The translations under genes were made by a program, and so were the position numbers. From a virus, in the IMG/VR virus record IMGVR_UViG_3300020578_000037, positions 20,689 through 84,688 of that record: a DNA stretch of 64,000 bases; one strand, given 5' to 3'. The notes beneath the pieces are model-generated. The model ran no database searches, had not been told where the DNA came from, and worked only from the letters and a program-made list of their open reading frames with translations. This document shows, one piece after another, positions 60,172 to 64,000 of the stretch; the stretch's first letter is position 1; each line of letters opens with the position of its first letter.

Positions 60172-61382
60172 TCACATTCGCACAGTTTATTACTGAGGGT
60201 GGTGTAGCTGGGCATATGGCGCATCCTTTCGATTTACCTGGAGCTAACAGTGGTAGCGGTCTTGTTTCAATTTTTAAAAAAATAGTAAAAAGCTTGCAAA
60301 CAAAACCTTCTGCAGTAAAGATAGATGGTCTTAATACGTCTATTAAATTAATAACAAACCAAGAAGGTAATAAAGAGTTTGCTATGGATAGGGGTTCTAA
60401 TAAAGTAGAAGATGTAGAGGGTGTTACTGTATCAAGATTAGCGCAAAGATTTCCAGAAGGACATGGTATGATTACAACGGGTAAAATAGTATTAGATATT
60501 TTTAACTCTGCTATACCTACAATAGAAAAAGAATTAAAAAAGCTTAAGATGTGGGATAACAATAAAATTCTTTTTAATATGGAATATGTTCAAGGCTCGA
60601 CAAATGTGATAGGCTATGCAAATAATTTTTTAGCTATACACGGTTTAAATGAAATAATAAAAGTCAGAAGCCCAGTAAGAGGAAGTGTAAGCAGAGCATC
60701 GCGTGAAATTTCATATGATAAGAAAGCATTAATGTCACTTATTGAGAAAGTTAAGCCTATAGCATTAAAACAGAATTTTGATGTCGTAAATGAAATAGGT
60801 GTAGAATTAAAAAAGAATGTTGACTTTAATTCTGTTTTAAATTCTGAGTTTGCTGTGACTAAGGATTCAAGGACGTTTGATAAAAAGCCCTTACAATCAT
60901 GGTTATCAAAAGCAAAAAACCCTAGAGCTGAAAAAATTACTCTTGTAGATGGAAGGAAGATATCAGCTATGAGTTTAGAGAATTATAAAAATATTAAAAC
61001 AGGTGTACCTTTAAATTCTTATGCAAAAACTCCTAAAGATGTGCAGAAGGCTATAGATGGTGCAGTATTTTATCACGCAACTATTGTATTAGGAGATGCT
61101 ATAAAAACACAGGCTTCATCAAAACTAGGTGAATTAGATAAGCAAGAAGGTATAGTTGTACGTGATCCTTCTATATCTTCTAACCCAGTAAAAATTACCG
61201 GTAGTTTTATAACTGGAAAAGAATTAGGTAAATTTGCTAGGCGCGGTGAAAATGAAGAGTATGGTGTTCAAGGTCAGCTTGCTAATTCTGACAGAGTTAA
61301 TAAAAATAATAATTATATAACATCACCTCCTTACAGTAAAAACATCTTACATGGTCATCTTACACCGGGAATGAATATATGA
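60168..61382 (+). CDS. Ligase-like covalent nucleotidyltransferase-fold protein
   Basis: VKIDG (motif I), NMEY (III), EGIVVR (IV), VKITG (V); N-terminal GHMAHPFD. Confidence 0.55.
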   Translation: MITFAQFITEGGVAGHMAHPFDLPGANSGSGLVSIFKKIVKSLQTKPSAVKIDGLNTSIKLITNQEGNKEFAMDRGSNKVEDVEGVTVSRLAQRFPEGHGMITTGKIVLDIFNSAIPTIEKELKKLKMWDNNKILFNMEYVQGSTNVIGYANNFLAIHGLNEIIKVRSPVRGSVSRASREISYDKKALMSLIEKVKPIALKQNFDVVNEIGVELKKNVDFNSVLNSEFAVTKDSRTFDKKPLQSWLSKAKNPRAEKITLVDGRKISAMSLENYKNIKTGVPLNSYAKTPKDVQKAIDGAVFYHATIVLGDAIKTQASSKLGELDKQEGIVVRDPSISSNPVKITGSFITGKELGKFARRGENEEYGVQGQLANSDRVNKNNNYITSPPYSKNILHGHLTPGMNI

Positions 61383-62032
61383 AATTCTACGAGCTTGTCC
61401 TAGAAATTCTTCAACATCAAAAAAATAATCTTATTGTTGTTTTTCCGGGTAGATTTCAACCTTTTCATGAAGGGCATAAGAAAATTTACGATTTAGCTAA
61501 AAAACAATTTCCTGGTGCAGATTTTTTTGTAGCTACATCTGATGAAATAGCTAAGGCAAAAGACCCTGAGCGCTATCCATTTAATTTTGCTGAAAAAAAA
61601 GCAATCATGATAGCCGCCGGTGTTCCAGAGAATGAAATTAAATTAGTGAAGCAACCTTACAAGCCTTTAGAAATTTTAAAAGAGTATGATCAAAATATAG
61701 CGAAAGTTATTTATTTAGTAGGTAAAAAAGATATGGAATCGGATCCTAGGTTTGCATTTGGTACTACTACTAAAGGTACACCTACTTACTTTCAACCTTT
61801 TACAGACTTAAACTCAATGCAACCATTTAAAGAACAAGGTGGGCATGGATACATTTACGCACCAACAACTGTAGAATTTAATTTAAATGGTAGAAAAATT
61901 ACAAGCGCTTCGGAGTTGAGGAATCTATATAAAAATTCAAACAATATACTGAGAAAAGATATTATTAAAGCAGTCTTAGGCGGAAAATTTAATCCAAAAA
62001 TCTATAATTTGTTTAACAATAAAATAAAATAA
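61379..62032 (+). CDS. HIGH-family nucleotidyltransferase (cytidylyltransferase/NMNAT-like)
   Basis: GRFQPFHEGH, YPFNFAEK, VGKKD, SASELR. Confidence 0.85.
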   Translation: MKFYELVLEILQHQKNNLIVVFPGRFQPFHEGHKKIYDLAKKQFPGADFFVATSDEIAKAKDPERYPFNFAEKKAIMIAAGVPENEIKLVKQPYKPLEILKEYDQNIAKVIYLVGKKDMESDPRFAFGTTTKGTPTYFQPFTDLNSMQPFKEQGGHGYIYAPTTVEFNLNGRKITSASELRNLYKNSNNILRKDIIKAVLGGKFNPKIYNLFNNKIK

Positions 62033-62035
62033 TTT

Positions 62036-62602
62036 TTATTTTTTATTCTCTAAAAGAACTATTGTTTCAAAAAGAACTTTCTCTAGCGTTTCGCGTGATT
62101 CTCTTTTTAAAACGCTCTGTAATTGCCTAACTAAATCCTCTCCGCCTGCTGAAATAGCCTTAAAAAGATCCTCTTCATTATTTTCTTCTAGGTTACCTCC
62201 GCATACCGCATCTGTGGGTTCAGTTACAGCTTTATAATCCTCATAGCCAAATACCGATTGTATTTGATCATGAGCATTGGTAAGTTTGCTTAAGATCCAT
62301 GCTTCTACATTATCTTTACCGTTCAATATATCATGTAGCATTGCTGAAACTTTATGTATTCTAAATAACAATTGCCGGCACATTTCACCATTACTTTCTG
62401 ATTCATCATTTACTCTGCCTTCACAACCTTCTTCATGTCCTCCCTCACAATTACAATTCTTATTAGGAGGTACTACTTGTGCCATTTTATCAGGAGAAGG
62501 AATAACACCAGAGTTATCAGCCTTAGGGCCTAAGCCCACGCTTTCATTAACGATCTTTTTGTTATATAGATCATTTAATGCATTAAAATCTTTGGCAAAC
62601 AT
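62036..62602 (-). CDS. Hypothetical late protein
   Basis: TTAAATA 5 nt before ATG; VEAWILSKLT helix-bundle motif. Confidence 0.7.
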   Translation of the reverse strand: MFAKDFNALNDLYNKKIVNESVGLGPKADNSGVIPSPDKMAQVVPPNKNCNCEGGHEEGCEGRVNDESESNGEMCRQLLFRIHKVSAMLHDILNGKDNVEAWILSKLTNAHDQIQSVFGYEDYKAVTEPTDAVCGGNLEENNEEDLFKAISAGGEDLVRQLQSVLKRESRETLEKVLFETIVLLENKK

Positions 62603-62634
62603 GTAATTATTTAATCAATTGAATAAATAATTTT

Positions 62635-62922
62635 ATGTTATTTGAAAGAGCGTTTCTAAATGCATTAGAACGGGATATACTAGAAGAAAGTAAAGGCTCA
62701 CGTTGCACTAAAGTAACAGGACAACAATCATCAACGCGCTCTGACAAAAAATATATGAGATGTGTAAAGTCGGGTAGTGGTTATAAAAAAATACATTATG
62801 GTGATCCGAATTTAAGAATTAAAAAATCAAATCCTAAAAAAAGAAAATCTTTTAGAGCTAGACATAAGTGCTCTTCTGCAAAACCCGGTACACCTAAGTA
62901 TTATAGCTGTAAAAACTGGTAG
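62635..62922 (+). CDS. Small basic Cys/His protein of T4-like phages
   Basis: YGDPNLRIKKSNPKKRKSFRARHKC...YYSCKNW; late box 5 nt upstream. Confidence 0.75.
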   Translation: MLFERAFLNALERDILEESKGSRCTKVTGQQSSTRSDKKYMRCVKSGSGYKKIHYGDPNLRIKKSNPKKRKSFRARHKCSSAKPGTPKYYSCKNW

Positions 62923-63308
62923 CCGTTACTTGTTGAGTAGTAAATCTTTTTAAAATTTAACTGATCTAGAAGAGAGCTGCATCCGGTACAGGGTTTAGAA
63001 AAATCTAATTGATTGTTTCTATTAATACGGGTATTAACAATAGTATATTTAGAACAATCCTCTTCTCCAAGCTTTAAAATAGCCGATAATTCTGAATGTA
63101 CACCTATTGTATGTGATATATCTTCACCTTTTCTATTAAAAAAACCAATCTTTAAATTTTTTGGATGAGTTTTATTGGGATTATTAATACCTATTGAAAT
63201 TAGCCGATTCCTTTGAAAAATGAACGAGAAATGCTTACAGCGATAATTACCATGCTTCTTTAGAAGCGCATAAGAAATTTCAGTGCATTTCTTAAAAATA
63301 TTGTCCAT
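62901..63308 (-). CDS. Zn-dependent cytidine/dCMP deaminase-family protein
   Basis: HSE...SKPCTGC; start moved to the ATG at 63308 (TATAAT 6 nt upstream). Confidence 0.8.
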   Translation of the reverse strand: MDNIFKKCTEISYALLKKHGNYRCKHFSFIFQRNRLISIGINNPNKTHPKNLKIGFFNRKGEDISHTIGVHSELSAILKLGEEDCSKYTIVNTRINRNNQLDFSKPCTGCSSLLDQLNFKKIYYSTSNGYQFLQL

Positions 63309-63354
63309 TATTACATTATACATGAAAACATCTTTTTAATCAATAAATATTATA

Positions 63355-64000
63355 GTGCAACCATTTAAAGATTTTTATAAAAACCCTATTTTTGGCGTTA
63401 ATGAATTTATTGAAATTGACGGCTTGGGTAAGCTTAAGGCAAAAATTGATAGCGGTAATGAGGCTTATAACGTATTGCACGGAGTGGATATCTCGGAAGA
63501 CGGTGAAAATATTTCTTTTACTACCGTAGATAATAAAAAAATAAAAGCGCCTCGTGCTGGTGATATTAAAATCCATATTGGTAGCGGGGTAAAAGAAGAT
63601 AGACCTATAGTAAAATTAAATATAAAAATTAATGGTAAAGAATATAAAGATGTGCCTTTTAGTATTGCAGATCGCACAGAGAATGAAGATCCAATTTTAG
63701 TGGGCGAGCCATTTTTAAAAAAGCTAAACGCTCTTATTGATGTAAACAAGCAAGTTCAAGAATCGACAAAATATAGAGTAATTGCTATCGATAAGAAAGA
63801 TCCTCTAGCTAAAGCATGGTTAAAGCCTAACTTTAGTGAAAAGGCGATAAGAAATATAGCAAACAGGCAAAAGACGTTAATTGTTACAAAATCGGGTAGT
63901 CCCAAATTTAAAGGCAAAAATGTTTTAAAAATAGTTAATCCTAATACAAAAAAAGCGTTTGTTGTGTTTAAGAAGAAATCAGAAGCCTCTGAAACCGATA
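63355..64000 (+). CDS. RimK-associated retropepsin-like putative protease, truncated by the window edge
   Basis: Not in the track. GTG start 5 nt after AATAAATA; MQPFKDFY...KAKIDSGN...RPIVKL...FSIADR...PILVG. Confidence 0.75.
   Translation, partial: MQPFKDFYKNPIFGVNEFIEIDGLGKLKAKIDSGNEAYNVLHGVDISEDGENISFTTVDNKKIKAPRAGDIKIHIGSGVKEDRPIVKLNIKINGKEYKDVPFSIADRTENEDPILVGEPFLKKLNALIDVNKQVQESTKYRVIAIDKKDPLAKAWLKPNFSEKAIRNIANRQKTLIVTKSGSPKFKGKNVLKIVNPNTKKAFVVFKKKSEASETD

Noticed and set aside
63340-63749. Two minus-strand ORFs at the right end
   Set aside because: Antisense to the plus-strand protease-like ORF starting at 63355.
1-64000. Stop-codon reassignment (alternative genetic code)
   Set aside because: Standard-code ORFs tile the window almost completely, and TAA, TAG and TGA all end genes at sensible positions.

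Overview
AT-rich, very gene-dense 64 kb segment of a large T4-like myophage. No host chromosome, rRNA, tRNA or CRISPR was recognised. It carries baseplate, tail and packaging genes (gp6, gp25, gp27-, gp53-, gp48-, gp26/gp51-, gp54-like, tape measure, gp19, gp18, gp3, gp17, gp16-like, gp14) and a replication/recombination block (gp44, gp45, gp32, gp59-like, gp41, gp61, UvsX, gp43, gp46/47, UvsW, UvsY, late sigma gp55). Accessory genes include ribosomal protein bS21, dUTPase, a QueC-like enzyme with a class II glutamine amidotransferase, four glycosyltransferases and an NRS/ER-type rhamnose enzyme. Most notable observations: (1) nearly every promoter box lies 5-7 nt from the start codon, implying a largely leaderless transcriptome; (2) one clear exception is a GATase whose only possible start is AUU behind a perfect Shine-Dalgarno; (3) a GT60 O-GlcNAc transferase sits directly downstream of a mucin-like Thr/Pro-stalk protein, suggesting a phage-encoded glycosylated virion; (4) about a dozen late genes begin with T4-CTS-like N-termini, including a nuclease-like/ligase-like/HIGH-nucleotidyltransferase operon that may be packaged and injected. 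All product calls come from motif recognition by eye, without database searches.
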